Assembly (NCBI GenBank): GCA_964449945.1 | Contig: CAYVBX010000002.1 | Span: 10,203 to 56,855 of the forward strand | Direction: 5' to 3' | Length of the DNA stretch: 46,653 bases | Source of the DNA: an uncultured Candidatus Peribacteria bacterium | Lineage (GTDB): Bacteria > Patescibacteriota > Gracilibacteria > UBA1369 > LOWO2-01-FULL-3 | Made by a program: the position numbers and the translations under genes | Shown here: positions 17,101-26,931 of the stretch, in pieces | How positions within the stretch are numbered: the stretch's first letter is position 1 | How the letters are laid out: the number at the start of each line of letters is the position of its first letter | The notes under the pieces: generated by a model | What the model was told of the DNA's origin: nothing | What the model saw: the letters and a program-made list of their open reading frames with translations, nothing else | Databases searched by the model: none

Positions 17101-17772
17101 ATGAAAAATAAAATTTCTGTTCCAAGACTTTTAATAAATTTTAAAAATTATAAAAACTCAACTGGGTTTAATGCTTTAAAGTTGGCAAATTTAATTGAAA
17201 AAGTATCTATTCAGAAAAATTTTGTTATTGGAATTTGTGTAAATGCTTTAGAGTTAAAGGATGTTTTGAGGAAGGTTAATATTCCTGTTTTTTTACAACA
17301 TTGTGATTATAATTCTTTTGGTGCACATACTGGAGCTATTGTTCCAGAGCTTGTGAAAGAAAGTCTTGCTAGCGGTGTTTTACTTAATCATATTGAAAAG
17401 AAATTGTCTGAAGATGTTTTAATCAAAACTGTTCAAAGGTGTAAGTCTATTGGCTTAAAAACTTTGATATGTGTTGAAAATATTGAAATGATAAAAAAAA
17501 TATTAAGTTTTTCTCCAGATATGCTACTTGTGGAACACTTTGATTCTCTTGGATCTTGTGTATCAATTACTGAAAAAATGCCAGATTTTATTAAAGAAAG
17601 AGCAGAGCTAATAGGTAGGGATAATTTTATGATTGGTGCTGGAATTAGCAAAGGTACTCATATTAAAAAGGCTTTAAAAATGGGAGCTTATGGAGTGATT
17701 GTTTCAAGTTCTGTTGTAAATGCTAAATCACAAAAAGAAAAGTTGATTGAGCTTGTAGATGCTTTTATCTAG
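17101..17772 (+). CDS. tpiA: Triosephosphate isomerase, archaeal short type, divergent
   Basis: ~223 aa; INFKNY, QH.D...GAHTG, LLNHIE, GAGI..G, GA.GV.VSS.VV.A match archaeal-type TIM; the VEPPELIG motif reads VEHFDSLG. Confidence 0.82.
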   Translation: MKNKISVPRLLINFKNYKNSTGFNALKLANLIEKVSIQKNFVIGICVNALELKDVLRKVNIPVFLQHCDYNSFGAHTGAIVPELVKESLASGVLLNHIEKKLSEDVLIKTVQRCKSIGLKTLICVENIEMIKKILSFSPDMLLVEHFDSLGSCVSITEKMPDFIKERAELIGRDNFMIGAGISKGTHIKKALKMGAYGVIVSSSVVNAKSQKEKLIELVDAFI

Positions 17773-17803
17773 GTTAGATGCGAATTTTTAGTGAAAATCT
17801 AAA

Positions 17804-18967
17804 TTAAAATTCTTCTTCTAGAAATAGTAAAAACAAGAAAAGGAGATCGTTTTTCATAAATGGTGTGTCCATTATTCCGTGTATAAAAAAATAGCACACC
17901 GCTAGAGAGGCGATCAGCTTGAAGTTGATTTTGTCTTCTCTAAAAATTGTCCTTAATGTATAAAAAATTAGTCCCGTGAGGAAAAATGCGCCTAAAATTC
18001 CAAAATTAAATATAAATAAAAGATAAATATTGTGAGGTTGAAGTACTTTGTAATTTAGAGCTTTGTTGTTTATTGCAGTTTCAACATTTTTTTCGTAATG
18101 ATATTGAAATTGTCCTATTCCAAGTCCAAGGATTGCATTTTTTGGGGTTTTTAGTATGTAGTTTGAAGTCATGTAAATCTCGTTTCTTTCATCAAGGCTA
18201 GACCATGTGGTTTGAAGAGTTGGAAGAATTTTTGTGTAGTAGACACTGCTAGATAGTATTAAAAACAATAAAATTATTATCGTTTTTTTTATTTTATTGT
18301 TGTAGAGTTTTTGTCTAAATTTTTTGTACATTATTATTGATGAAACAGCTGATACGCCTATTATTGCTCCCATGGATTTTGTTAGGACTAATAATATTGC
18401 TAATAGAATTGTGTAGTTTGCATATTTGTTTTTGAAGTAAGGTTGTTTTAAAGTTTTTAAGAATTTTGAAAAATTAAATATAAGGAGTGGAGAAATGTAA
18501 ACTGCGAGGTAAACAGCCGAATCTAGTGGGCCAATCAATCTTGAATCAAAGGTGTTGTTTATGCCAATTAAATTTAAAATAAGAGAAAGTATTCCAAAAC
18601 AAATTGCTCCTAGAGATAAGATTTCAATACCTTTTTCTTTTTCAGATTCACTTTTTAAAGTGTTTGAAAAAATTATAATCAGGGTAGAGGCAAATATGAA
18701 AAACTTCCAATATCTAAAGAAAAATTCTGTATCATAAATTTGAACAATAATTGAGGAAGTGAAAAATAAAATTAAAAATGAAAGTAGAATTTTTGGTGTT
18801 TTTATTTGAATTTCTTTTTTGAGAACTAAAAAAAGAAATGGAACTAAGTTTAGTATTATGAGTATTTCTTGAAGGTTGCTGGGATATGGTCCAATTTTAA
18901 AACGAATTAAGTATGATTGAAGGCAAAATAAGTTTAAAAATAAAAGAGAAAGTAATAATTTTTTCAT
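17804..18967 (-). CDS. O-antigen ligase/Wzy_C-like membrane protein
   Basis: Polytopic membrane protein; LTKSMGA, S..ER.EIY, GLGIGQF, QPHNIYL...GILG, HGIMD motifs. Confidence 0.82.
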   Translation of the reverse strand: MKKLLLSLLFLNLFCLQSYLIRFKIGPYPSNLQEILIILNLVPFLFLVLKKEIQIKTPKILLSFLILFFTSSIIVQIYDTEFFFRYWKFFIFASTLIIIFSNTLKSESEKEKGIEILSLGAICFGILSLILNLIGINNTFDSRLIGPLDSAVYLAVYISPLLIFNFSKFLKTLKQPYFKNKYANYTILLAILLVLTKSMGAIIGVSAVSSIIMYKKFRQKLYNNKIKKTIIILLFLILSSSVYYTKILPTLQTTWSSLDERNEIYMTSNYILKTPKNAILGLGIGQFQYHYEKNVETAINNKALNYKVLQPHNIYLLFIFNFGILGAFFLTGLIFYTLRTIFREDKINFKLIASLAVCYFFIHGIMDTPFMKNDLLFLFLLFLEEEF

Positions 18968-19092
18968 AATTTTTTTATAATTAGTCCTATTTTATACTAT
19001 ATGTTTTTATTTGTCACTTAGCTCTTTTATAAAAGGGTTTTTAGGTTTTTTGCAAATAATTTTTCAAGATTTTTTCACGTTTTTTAGAATTG

Positions 19093-19142
19093 TAGAAAAG
19101 ATTTTTTTAAGCCTACTCTTAGAAAAGATTTCTTTAAGCCTA
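19093..19142. repeat. 23-bp tandem direct repeat (1 mismatch), 27-bp period
   Basis: tagaaaagatttttttaagccta (19093-19115) and tagaaaagatttctttaagccta (19120-19142). Confidence 0.85.
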
Positions 19143-19228
19143 GGTAATTTTGAATTTATTAACAAAAAACATTAAATACTGTAAATATTGTATTTTTGAA
19201 AAAATATTTTATTTGAAAATTTTTTAGA

Positions 19229-19966
19229 TCATTCTTCTTCAACTCCTCCTATTGAGGTTAAATATAGAGTTGCGTTTCTTTTTACATTGTCACTTATTTC
19301 TGTGATGTTGTTTCTTCTGTAATGCCCATTCTTTTCAAATATTTTAAGAGCTTTAGCAAAAATTTTTAATTCATCTTTGCTGTTAAGGTTTATTCGAAGT
19401 AAGCTTTTTCTAAAATCTCTATAGTAGTTTAGAATTGAGTAAGTATCTTTTTCTGAATAACCGATGCTTTTCATTATTTCAGCAAAAGAAAAGGGAAGAA
19501 GTTTTATTTGATATTTTTCTGAGTATAGTTTTGCTTCAGAAAAAATTCTTTCGGCCTCTTTTGTGTGAGGGGTTTCTGGTTGATCTTCTAAGTAATTTGA
19601 AATTGCATCATCAATCTCATTTCTTGAAATCTTATCATTTGCTTTTTTTGCAAGATTTTCATAAATATACATGGCTCTTGCGAGGGAAATTCTTTCATGA
19701 TTTTTTGTTTTTCCTTTTGTCTTTGGTTTTAGACTAAATTTAAGTCTGTCCCATATATATTTTAAATTTTTTGGCTCGGGGTTTATTATGTATAGTGTTT
19801 TTATATAATCTTCTAATAAACTTAATATTTTTTCTTCTTTTTCACTATCTTCTAGTTCTTTATATTTTTCGTCGTAGACTTCTTCAATCACTTGGTCGGC
19901 TGATATTAGATAATTTTGGTCGATTGCTTCTTCATGATTTTTTAAATGATTTTCAAATTTTTCCAT
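19229..19966 (-). CDS. Hypothetical helical protein (~245 aa)
   Basis: Open frame; ATG 19966 preferred because TTG 19999 falls inside a promoter-like sequence; no recognised motif. Confidence 0.7.
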   Translation of the reverse strand: MEKFENHLKNHEEAIDQNYLISADQVIEEVYDEKYKELEDSEKEEKILSLLEDYIKTLYIINPEPKNLKYIWDRLKFSLKPKTKGKTKNHERISLARAMYIYENLAKKANDKISRNEIDDAISNYLEDQPETPHTKEAERIFSEAKLYSEKYQIKLLPFSFAEIMKSIGYSEKDTYSILNYYRDFRKSLLRINLNSKDELKIFAKALKIFEKNGHYRRNNITEISDNVKRNATLYLTSIGGVEEE

Positions 19967-19990
19967 ATTTATTTTTTTAATAATTATGGA

Positions 19991-20019
19991 ATTGTACAAT
20001 ACTTTTTGTTGTTTGTCTA
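19991..20019 (-). promoter_or_regulatory. Putative sigma70 promoter
   Basis: Minus strand TAGACA-17 bp-TACAAT, 24 nt upstream of ATG 19966. Confidence 0.45.
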
Positions 20020-20070
20020 TAGCTTTAAAAATTTAAAACAGTATAATTTTAAAAAATTTAAGAAGAAAAT

Positions 20071-21378
20071 ATGTTTAAATATTTAAAAAATTTAATTTCA
20101 GACACTCATCCTTTGCGCTTGTTTTTCCATAAAATTAAGGCAATTTTGGCAGCAGTTATTTATAATTTCCCAGCTAATAAAATGATTGTTATTGGTGTTA
20201 CTGGTACAAAAGGTAAGTCTACAACTACAAATTTAATAGCTTCTATTTTAACTGAGGCGGGTTTTAAGGTAGGAATGACTTCAACAATAAATTTTCAAGT
20301 TGCTGATGAAAAATGGGTAAATGATAAGAAAATGACAACACTTAGCCCTTTTAAGATAAATTCATTACTTTATAAAATGTATAAAGCGGGCTGTAAATAT
20401 GCAGTTTTAGAAGTAAGTTCTCATTCTGTAACTCAGTCTAGAATATGGGGAATAAATTTTGATGTCGCAGTTTTAACAAATATTGCGCCTGAACATATTG
20501 AGTATCATGGAAGTTATGATGCCTATTTAAAAGCGAAAGCTGGTCTTTTTAAAAAGGTTATGAAGTCTAAGAGAAAAGCTAATGTTCCAAAAGTTTTTGT
20601 GTTAAATTCTGACGACAAGGAATATGCTTATTTTAATCAATTTATTGCTGATAAAAAAATTAGTTTTGGGCTTAAGAATGCAACAGTTTATGCTGATGAA
20701 ATCAATAAAAGAGCTTCGGGTTCTGATTTTTATGTCAATATTCCAAATGATAGGTTTAAGATTGAATTAAGTCTTCCTGGGGAATTTAATGTTTTAAATG
20801 CACTTGCTTCAATTTCAGTTGCAATAGCCTTTGATATTCATCCTGAGCTTATTAAAAAAGCTTTTTTAAATATTAAAGGTGTTTCTGGTAGATTTGAGCG
20901 AATTGAACTTGGGCAGGATTTTGATGTAATAGTTGATTATGCTCATACAGAGGAATCTCTGGAGGCTCTTTTGTCTTTATATTCTTCTGTTAAAAAAAAT
21001 CGTTTGATTGTTGTTTTTGGTTGCACTGGAGGAGGCAGAGATAAAGCTAAAAGGCCTAAAATGGGAGCTGTTGCAGATAAATATGCGGATTTGATAGTTT
21101 TAACGGATGATGATCCTTATGAAGAAGATGAAAATGAGATAATTGAACAAATTTCAAAAGGTATTTCAAGAAAAGAGGGCGAAAATTTTTGGAAAATAAC
21201 AGATAGAAAAGAGGCAATTTTTTTAGCACTTAAAGAGGCTCAAAAGGATGATATTGTTGTTGTTGCAGGAAAAGGCGCCGAAGAAATTATTATGCTGAAA
21301 GATGGTGCACATAAATGGAATGATAGGGAGGTTATTAAGGAAATAATTGAAAGTGAAATAATTGTAAACTTGAGATAA
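20071..21378 (+). CDS. murE: UDP-N-acetylmuramoyl-tripeptide synthetase (MurE-family ligase)
   Basis: GVTGTKGKSTT P-loop, LEVSSH, EHIEYH, GRFE, VDYAHT, VFGCTGGGRDKAKRPKMG, AGKGAE. Confidence 0.93.
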   Translation: MFKYLKNLISDTHPLRLFFHKIKAILAAVIYNFPANKMIVIGVTGTKGKSTTTNLIASILTEAGFKVGMTSTINFQVADEKWVNDKKMTTLSPFKINSLLYKMYKAGCKYAVLEVSSHSVTQSRIWGINFDVAVLTNIAPEHIEYHGSYDAYLKAKAGLFKKVMKSKRKANVPKVFVLNSDDKEYAYFNQFIADKKISFGLKNATVYADEINKRASGSDFYVNIPNDRFKIELSLPGEFNVLNALASISVAIAFDIHPELIKKAFLNIKGVSGRFERIELGQDFDVIVDYAHTEESLEALLSLYSSVKKNRLIVVFGCTGGGRDKAKRPKMGAVADKYADLIVLTDDDPYEEDENEIIEQISKGISRKEGENFWKITDRKEAIFLALKEAQKDDIVVVAGKGAEEIIMLKDGAHKWNDREVIKEIIESEIIVNLR

Positions 21379-22217
21379 TGAATAATAATGGGTTTTTACT
21401 CTTAGATAAGCCTAAAGGTGTTAGTTCTTTTGATTTAGTGCGACAAGTAAAAAAGAACTATTTTGAAAAAGTTGTTGGACACAGTGGTACTTTGGATAAA
21501 GAGGCTAGTGGGTTAATGATTATTGCATTAGCAAAGGCAACTAGACTTTTGAAGTATTTTATTGGTCTTGATAAAAAATACGAAGTTTTGGCGTGTTTTG
21601 GTTTTAAGACTGCAAGCTTTGATGCATCAGAAGAAAAAATACAAGTTAGCAATGAAAAAGTTTCAAAGGAAAAGATTTTAGAGGTAATACAAAACAATTT
21701 TTTGGGTGAAATTTCCCAAGTTCCTCCAAAATATTCAGCATTAAAAATAAAAGGAGAAAGGGCCTCGGACATTATTCGAAAAGGTGGAGATGTTGAAATA
21801 AAGCCGAGAAAAATTACTGTTTTTGATTTTGAGCTTATTAAATATGATTATCCTTTAGTTTTATTTAAAGTTTCTTGTTCTTCCGGAACTTATATTCGTT
21901 CTTTAGTTAACGATTTGGGTGAAATTTTAGGTGTTGGGGCTTATGTTGAGGAACTAAAGAGGCATAAAATTGGAAAATATGATTTAAATGATGTTTCTAA
22001 GGAAGTAATAAATATTTCTGATTTTGTAAAAAAAATGCCAACATTTAAGTTAACAACTGAAGAATTTCAAGGTCTTCAAAATGGGAAAAGGCTTTCTTCA
22101 AAGAATTTTCCTGATTTGGCTTTAAATTCTTTTGCTTTTTTTGAAAATAATTGTGTTGGAGTATTGGAAAAATCTCAAGATGGTAGTATAAAATTATGTA
22201 AAGGAATAATAAAATAA
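21378..22217 (+). CDS. truB: tRNA pseudouridine(55) synthase
   Basis: LDKPKGVSS, GHSGTLD, QVPPKYSALKIKG, CSSGTYIRSL; 1-nt TAATG overlap with murE. Confidence 0.95.
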   Translation: MNNNGFLLLDKPKGVSSFDLVRQVKKNYFEKVVGHSGTLDKEASGLMIIALAKATRLLKYFIGLDKKYEVLACFGFKTASFDASEEKIQVSNEKVSKEKILEVIQNNFLGEISQVPPKYSALKIKGERASDIIRKGGDVEIKPRKITVFDFELIKYDYPLVLFKVSCSSGTYIRSLVNDLGEILGVGAYVEELKRHKIGKYDLNDVSKEVINISDFVKKMPTFKLTTEEFQGLQNGKRLSSKNFPDLALNSFAFFENNCVGVLEKSQDGSIKLCKGIIK

Positions 22218-22218
22218 T

Positions 22219-23277
22219 ATGACATTATTGCAATTTTCGACAATGTATTTTTCTAAGGCAGTGTTTTCTTTTTTTCTAACGATTCTTTTTTTACTTCTTG
22301 CTTTAAAGTTGTTTCCTAAGTTTGGATTTATGGACAATCCTAAAAAATGGGGGTTTAAAAGAGATCCAATCCCTTATTCTGTTGGAATTGTTGTGGTTTT
22401 TAGTTTTATTATTTCGGTATTAATATTTGTTCCTATAGATTTTACTCTATTATTAGTTCTTATTTCTGCACTTTTTTTGAGTGTAGTTGGTTTTATAGAT
22501 GATAAAATCCATTTATCTCCTTTTCTTCGTCTTTTATGTCAAATTTTTGCCTCTGTGCTTTTGGTTTTTTCTGGAATAAAACTTTTGTCTTTTAAATTAC
22601 CTTTTATTGGCATAATTCCTTTGGATATGTTTGAGGTCTTTGGGGTGTATTTGTTGAGTGCATTTTTTTTGATCTTCTGGACTGTTCTTCTTGTAAATGC
22701 AATGAATTTCTTAGATGGAGTTCCCGGATTAAATAGTGTTGTAACGGCAATTGCTTCGTTTACAATTTTCTTGTTATCAATTCATTCTGGCATTCATGAA
22801 GATCCTAGTTCACAATATATTACATCAATTCTTGCTTTAATTTTAGGGTCTTCTGCATTGGCACTTTTGTTTTTTGATTTTCCAAAACCACATCTTTTAA
22901 TGGGGGATTCGGGAAGTACTTTTTTCGGTTTTATGTTGGCTGTATTGTCAGTTATTTCTGGAGGAAAAATTGCAACAGCTTTTCTTGTTCTGGGCATACC
23001 TTTGATTGATTTAGTTTGGGTTGTTGTTCGAAGAACAATTGAAGGAAAAAAATTTTGGCAAGGTGATTTAAAACATCTTCATCATAGATTTTTGAATTAT
23101 GGTTTTTCTGAAAAACAAGTTGTTTTGATTTATGCAAGTATTTCTCTAGTGTTTGGTTTTTTTGCGGTTGTTTTTGTTGATTCTTCTCAAAAGTTTTTTA
23201 CAATTATTGCTCTTATTTTGCTTATCTCTCTTCTTGCTTATATGCTTGTTTTTGGAAAAGGTTTTTTGAAAAAATAA
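22219..23277 (+). CDS. Undecaprenyl-phosphate GlcNAc-1-phosphate transferase (WecA/TagO, MraY/GT4 family)
   Basis: GFIDD, NAMNFLDGVPGL, MGDSGS, D..HLHHR motifs; polytopic membrane protein. Confidence 0.9.
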   Translation: MTLLQFSTMYFSKAVFSFFLTILFLLLALKLFPKFGFMDNPKKWGFKRDPIPYSVGIVVVFSFIISVLIFVPIDFTLLLVLISALFLSVVGFIDDKIHLSPFLRLLCQIFASVLLVFSGIKLLSFKLPFIGIIPLDMFEVFGVYLLSAFFLIFWTVLLVNAMNFLDGVPGLNSVVTAIASFTIFLLSIHSGIHEDPSSQYITSILALILGSSALALLFFDFPKPHLLMGDSGSTFFGFMLAVLSVISGGKIATAFLVLGIPLIDLVWVVVRRTIEGKKFWQGDLKHLHHRFLNYGFSEKQVVLIYASISLVFGFFAVVFVDSSQKFFTIIALILLISLLAYMLVFGKGFLKK

Positions 23278-23860
23278 GTATTCCTGTTGAAAAATAAAAA
23301 GTTGCTAAAAATATTCCAGCAATTACATCGCTTAAATAATGAACATTTAGATAAATTCTGCTAAAGGAAATTATTAAAAAAAATAAAAAACATATTGTCC
23401 AAATTAAAAATTTTATTTTGGGAAATTTGTTTGAGATATAATATGCTAAAAATAAGAAAAAAATTGTTGACATTGTTGCGTGTGCGCTAGGAAAACTAAA
23501 AGTGCTTTCAAAAACTTGTGCATTTTCTGGTCTGTTTCTTTCAATAATCGATTTGATTGATATTGTAGATAAAAAGCCTAAAATACTTGAGAATAATATT
23601 ATTAAAATGTCGTTTTTTTTATTTTTTGAATATAAAAGAATTATTAAGAATAAAAACAAGAAAGATAAGATGTATTTGTCTCCAATTTCTGTAAAAACTT
23701 TCATTAAAATGGTAAGTTTTGGCCTGAAAATTTGATGAACTTCTGTGTTTATCATTAAATCAAGCGCTTTAAAATAATTGATTTTTGTAAGAAATGCTGT
23801 TGTTGAAAATCCAAAAATACTTAAAGATGAGAGTATTATTAGGTTTTTTTTCTTGATCAT
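23222..23860 (-). CDS. PAP2-family membrane phosphatase (possible undecaprenyl-pyrophosphate phosphatase)
   Basis: K....R.RP, SFPSAH, SRIYLNVHYLSDVIAG; 56-bp convergent overlap with the WecA-like gene. Confidence 0.92.
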   Translation of the reverse strand: MIKKKNLIILSSLSIFGFSTTAFLTKINYFKALDLMINTEVHQIFRPKLTILMKVFTEIGDKYILSFLFLFLIILLYSKNKKNDILIILFSSILGFLSTISIKSIIERNRPENAQVFESTFSFPSAHATMSTIFFLFLAYYISNKFPKIKFLIWTICFLFFLIISFSRIYLNVHYLSDVIAGIFLATFYFSTGILIFSKNLFQKQAYKQEER

Positions 23861-23938
23861 ATTTAAAATTTTACTTTATTATACAAATTGTAAATATTTT
23901 GTTAAGTTGTTTTGGGAGATTTAAGCTAAATAATTATT

Positions 23939-25708
23939 ATGGCAGATTTAATTGAAGATATTAAGGCGCGACTTGATGTTTTTACTTTGATTTCACAGTA
24001 TTTACAATTAAAAAAAACGGGGAGGTCTTATAAGGCTTTGAGCCCCTTTAAAAATGAAAAAACTCCGAGTTTTGTTGTAAGTCCTGAAAAACAAATTTGG
24101 CATGATTTTTCTACAGGAAAAGGAGGTGATATTTTTACTTTTATTCAAGAATATGAAAATGTTGATTTTAGTGAGGCTTTAAAAATATTAACTGAAAAGG
24201 CTGGACTTGATCCAAGTCTTTATAAAAGTTCAAAAAAATTTATTAGTTTTAATAAAAACGAAAAAGATGAGCTATTTAGAGCTCATACTTTGGCGATGGA
24301 TTTTTTTCATAATAATTTATTTAAGGGAAGTGATGGTGCTAATGTTTTGGAATATTTAAGAAAAAGAGGGGTGAATGATGAAACAATAAAAATTTTTAAA
24401 ATAGGTTTTGCAAGAGATAGTTATGATGATTTGACAAATTACTTAATATCGAAAGGTTTTTCAAAAAAATTGCTTTTGAAAGCGGGGCTTGTTTCTAGTA
24501 AGTCTTTAAATGCTGAGAATGTTTTTGATAAATTTAGATTTCGACTAGTTTTTCCTATTTTTGACTATTTGGGACGAGTCTGTGCTTTTGGTGGTCGGTC
24601 CCTTTCTGATCATCAAAATCCTAAATATTTAAATTCTCCTGAAAGTTTAATTTATAATAAATCAAAAATTTTATATGGTCTTTCTTTTGCAAAAAACGAA
24701 ATTAAGGCTTTAGACAGTGTTGTGTTGGTTGAGGGTTATTTTGATGTGGTCCTTCCTTATCAGGAAGGAATTAAAAATATTGTTGCTAGTTCTGGAACTG
24801 CTCTTACGAGTGATCAAGTTAAGCTTTTATCTCGTTTTACTAAAAACATAATTACAGCATTTGATTTTGATGAAGCTGGTTTTAATGCAACTGTTCGGTC
24901 GTTTGAGATTATTGAAACACAAAAAATGAATATGCTTTGTGTTCAGGAAATGAACGGGAAAGATCCTGCTGATTTTGCTCTTAATGATCCAGAAAGGTTT
25001 AAAAAAGTTTTGAAAAATGCAAATCCTTTTTTTGATTTTTTAATTGAAAAATATTCAGAAAAATATACTTTAGCTACTTTTGAAAGTAAAAAAAATATTT
25101 TTGAAGAAATTAAGCCTTATTTAAAAAATTCTTCTCCGATGATAAAGGATCATTATATAAGGAAACTTTCTTTACTCCTTGGTTTTGATGAACAAACACT
25201 TTATGACGAAGTTGAAAGTTTTAACTTTATTAAACCGTTTTCAAGTGTTCAAAATCTTGAAGATAGAAGTCCTAAATCACTTAAAAATTATAGTAATGAA
25301 GAAGTTCTTTTTGCTCTTATTTTAGAGTTTCCAGTGTTATTTGCTAATATTTTCGAAAAAATAGATGAAAAATGTTTCTCTGAAGACTTTAAATCGGTTT
25401 ACAATCTTTTAATTAGTCAGTATAATGCAAACCGTAATTTGGATAAGTGGGATTTTTCTGATATAGAAGCGGAAAATTTGAAAAACAGGCTTTCGGTTCT
25501 GGCATTATATGGCGAAGAAAGATATGGAAATTTTTCATTAGAAATTTTAAAAGATGAAGTAAAAATCGTTTTAAATAATTTAATAAAAGATTTCCAAAAA
25601 ACTCGCTTAAAAGAAATTCAAAAAGAAATAGCCAATGCGGAAGCCAACAATGACACAAAATCTTTGATAGATCTCTTGAAAGAACAAAACAATATATTAT
25701 CCAATTAG
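23939..25708 (+). CDS. dnaG: DNA primase
   Basis: EKTPSF, FGGR, PKYLNSPE, TOPRIM motifs VEGYFDV, FDFDEAG and KDPAD; upstream of rpoD. Confidence 0.96.
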   Translation: MADLIEDIKARLDVFTLISQYLQLKKTGRSYKALSPFKNEKTPSFVVSPEKQIWHDFSTGKGGDIFTFIQEYENVDFSEALKILTEKAGLDPSLYKSSKKFISFNKNEKDELFRAHTLAMDFFHNNLFKGSDGANVLEYLRKRGVNDETIKIFKIGFARDSYDDLTNYLISKGFSKKLLLKAGLVSSKSLNAENVFDKFRFRLVFPIFDYLGRVCAFGGRSLSDHQNPKYLNSPESLIYNKSKILYGLSFAKNEIKALDSVVLVEGYFDVVLPYQEGIKNIVASSGTALTSDQVKLLSRFTKNIITAFDFDEAGFNATVRSFEIIETQKMNMLCVQEMNGKDPADFALNDPERFKKVLKNANPFFDFLIEKYSEKYTLATFESKKNIFEEIKPYLKNSSPMIKDHYIRKLSLLLGFDEQTLYDEVESFNFIKPFSSVQNLEDRSPKSLKNYSNEEVLFALILEFPVLFANIFEKIDEKCFSEDFKSVYNLLISQYNANRNLDKWDFSDIEAENLKNRLSVLALYGEERYGNFSLEILKDEVKIVLNNLIKDFQKTRLKEIQKEIANAEANNDTKSLIDLLKEQNNILSN

Positions 25709-25738
25709 AAATTTTTTTATTATCAAACAAAAGTTGAT

Positions 25739-26917
25739 ATGGCTAGAACAAATAAATTTATTCAACAACCAACAGATGATCAACTGGCTAGTTTTCCAGA
25801 TCAGGTAAAGGAGTTGGTGAAAAAAGGTAGGGAGCAAGGTTTTATTACTCATCAAGATCTTCTTAAGGCTATGCCAAATATTGAGGAAGATGTTATTATG
25901 CTTGATGAAATTTATAGTTTATTTTTAGATCTTGGTATTGAAATAATTGATACTAAAGATAGTTTAATTTTTGATGAAAAAGATGTTTCCAAAAAGACCA
26001 CTAAAGGGCTTGCTGATAAGGATATCATAGAGGATGTTGTGGTTGAAAAAAGAAAAGAGGAAAAAAAGAAAAAAGAAGTCGATTTTAAAGAAATTGCTAA
26101 TGATTCAATCAGGCTTTATTTGTCTGAGATTGGAAGAGTCGATTTGTTAACAGGAAAAGAAGAAATAGATCTTGCTCGTAGAATTGCAAAAGGTGATCAA
26201 TCGGCAAAATCAAAGCTTGCTGAAGCAAACCTTAGACTTGTTGTTTCTATTGCAAAAAAATATATTGGAAGAGGTCTTTCTTTTTTGGATTTAATACAAG
26301 AAGGTAATATAGGTTTATTTAGAGCTGTTGAAAAATTTGATCCAAATAGGGGGTTTAAGTTTTCAACTTATGCAACTTGGTGGATTAGACAGGCTATTAC
26401 TAGAGCAATTGCTGATCAAGCAAGAACAATTCGTATTCCTGTTCATATGGTTGAAACAATAAATAAATTAACTCATGCACAAAGAAGGCTTGTGCAAGAG
26501 CTTGGACGAGAGCCACTTCTTGAAGAACTTGCGGCTGAAATGGATATGGATGAAAAAAAAGTAAGACATATTATGAAAATTTCTCAAGATATTGTTTCGC
26601 TTGAGGCACCAGTAGGTACCGAAGAAGACTCTAAGCTAGGCGATTTTATTGAAGATGATGATGTTATGTCGCCTATGGAATCTACTAATAAACAACTTTT
26701 AAAAGAAAATATTCATGAAATGCTTCAATATCTTTCTCCTAGAGAAAGAAAAATTATTGTAATGCGTTTTGGATTGGAAGATGGGGTGGGGCACACTCTT
26801 GAAGAAGTTGGAAGAGAGTTTAATGTTACAAGAGAGAGAATTAGGCAAATTGAAGCAAAAGTTTTACAAAAATTAAAAGAACATCCTACATCTGTTAAGA
26901 TTAGGCCTAAATATTAA
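25739..26917 (+). CDS. rpoD: RNA polymerase primary sigma factor
   Basis: [73 protein letters not shown]. Confidence 0.98.
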   Translation: MARTNKFIQQPTDDQLASFPDQVKELVKKGREQGFITHQDLLKAMPNIEEDVIMLDEIYSLFLDLGIEIIDTKDSLIFDEKDVSKKTTKGLADKDIIEDVVVEKRKEEKKKKEVDFKEIANDSIRLYLSEIGRVDLLTGKEEIDLARRIAKGDQSAKSKLAEANLRLVVSIAKKYIGRGLSFLDLIQEGNIGLFRAVEKFDPNRGFKFSTYATWWIRQAITRAIADQARTIRIPVHMVETINKLTHAQRRLVQELGREPLLEELAAEMDMDEKKVRHIMKISQDIVSLEAPVGTEEDSKLGDFIEDDDVMSPMESTNKQLLKENIHEMLQYLSPRERKIIVMRFGLEDGVGHTLEEVGREFNVTRERIRQIEAKVLQKLKEHPTSVKIRPKY

Positions 26918-26931
26918 TATAATAAAATAAT

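Noticed and set aside
23222-23277. 56-bp convergent overlap of the WecA-like and PAP2 genes as a regulatory device
   Set aside because: Short 3' overlaps are common in compact genomes; nothing else in the sequence supports a function.
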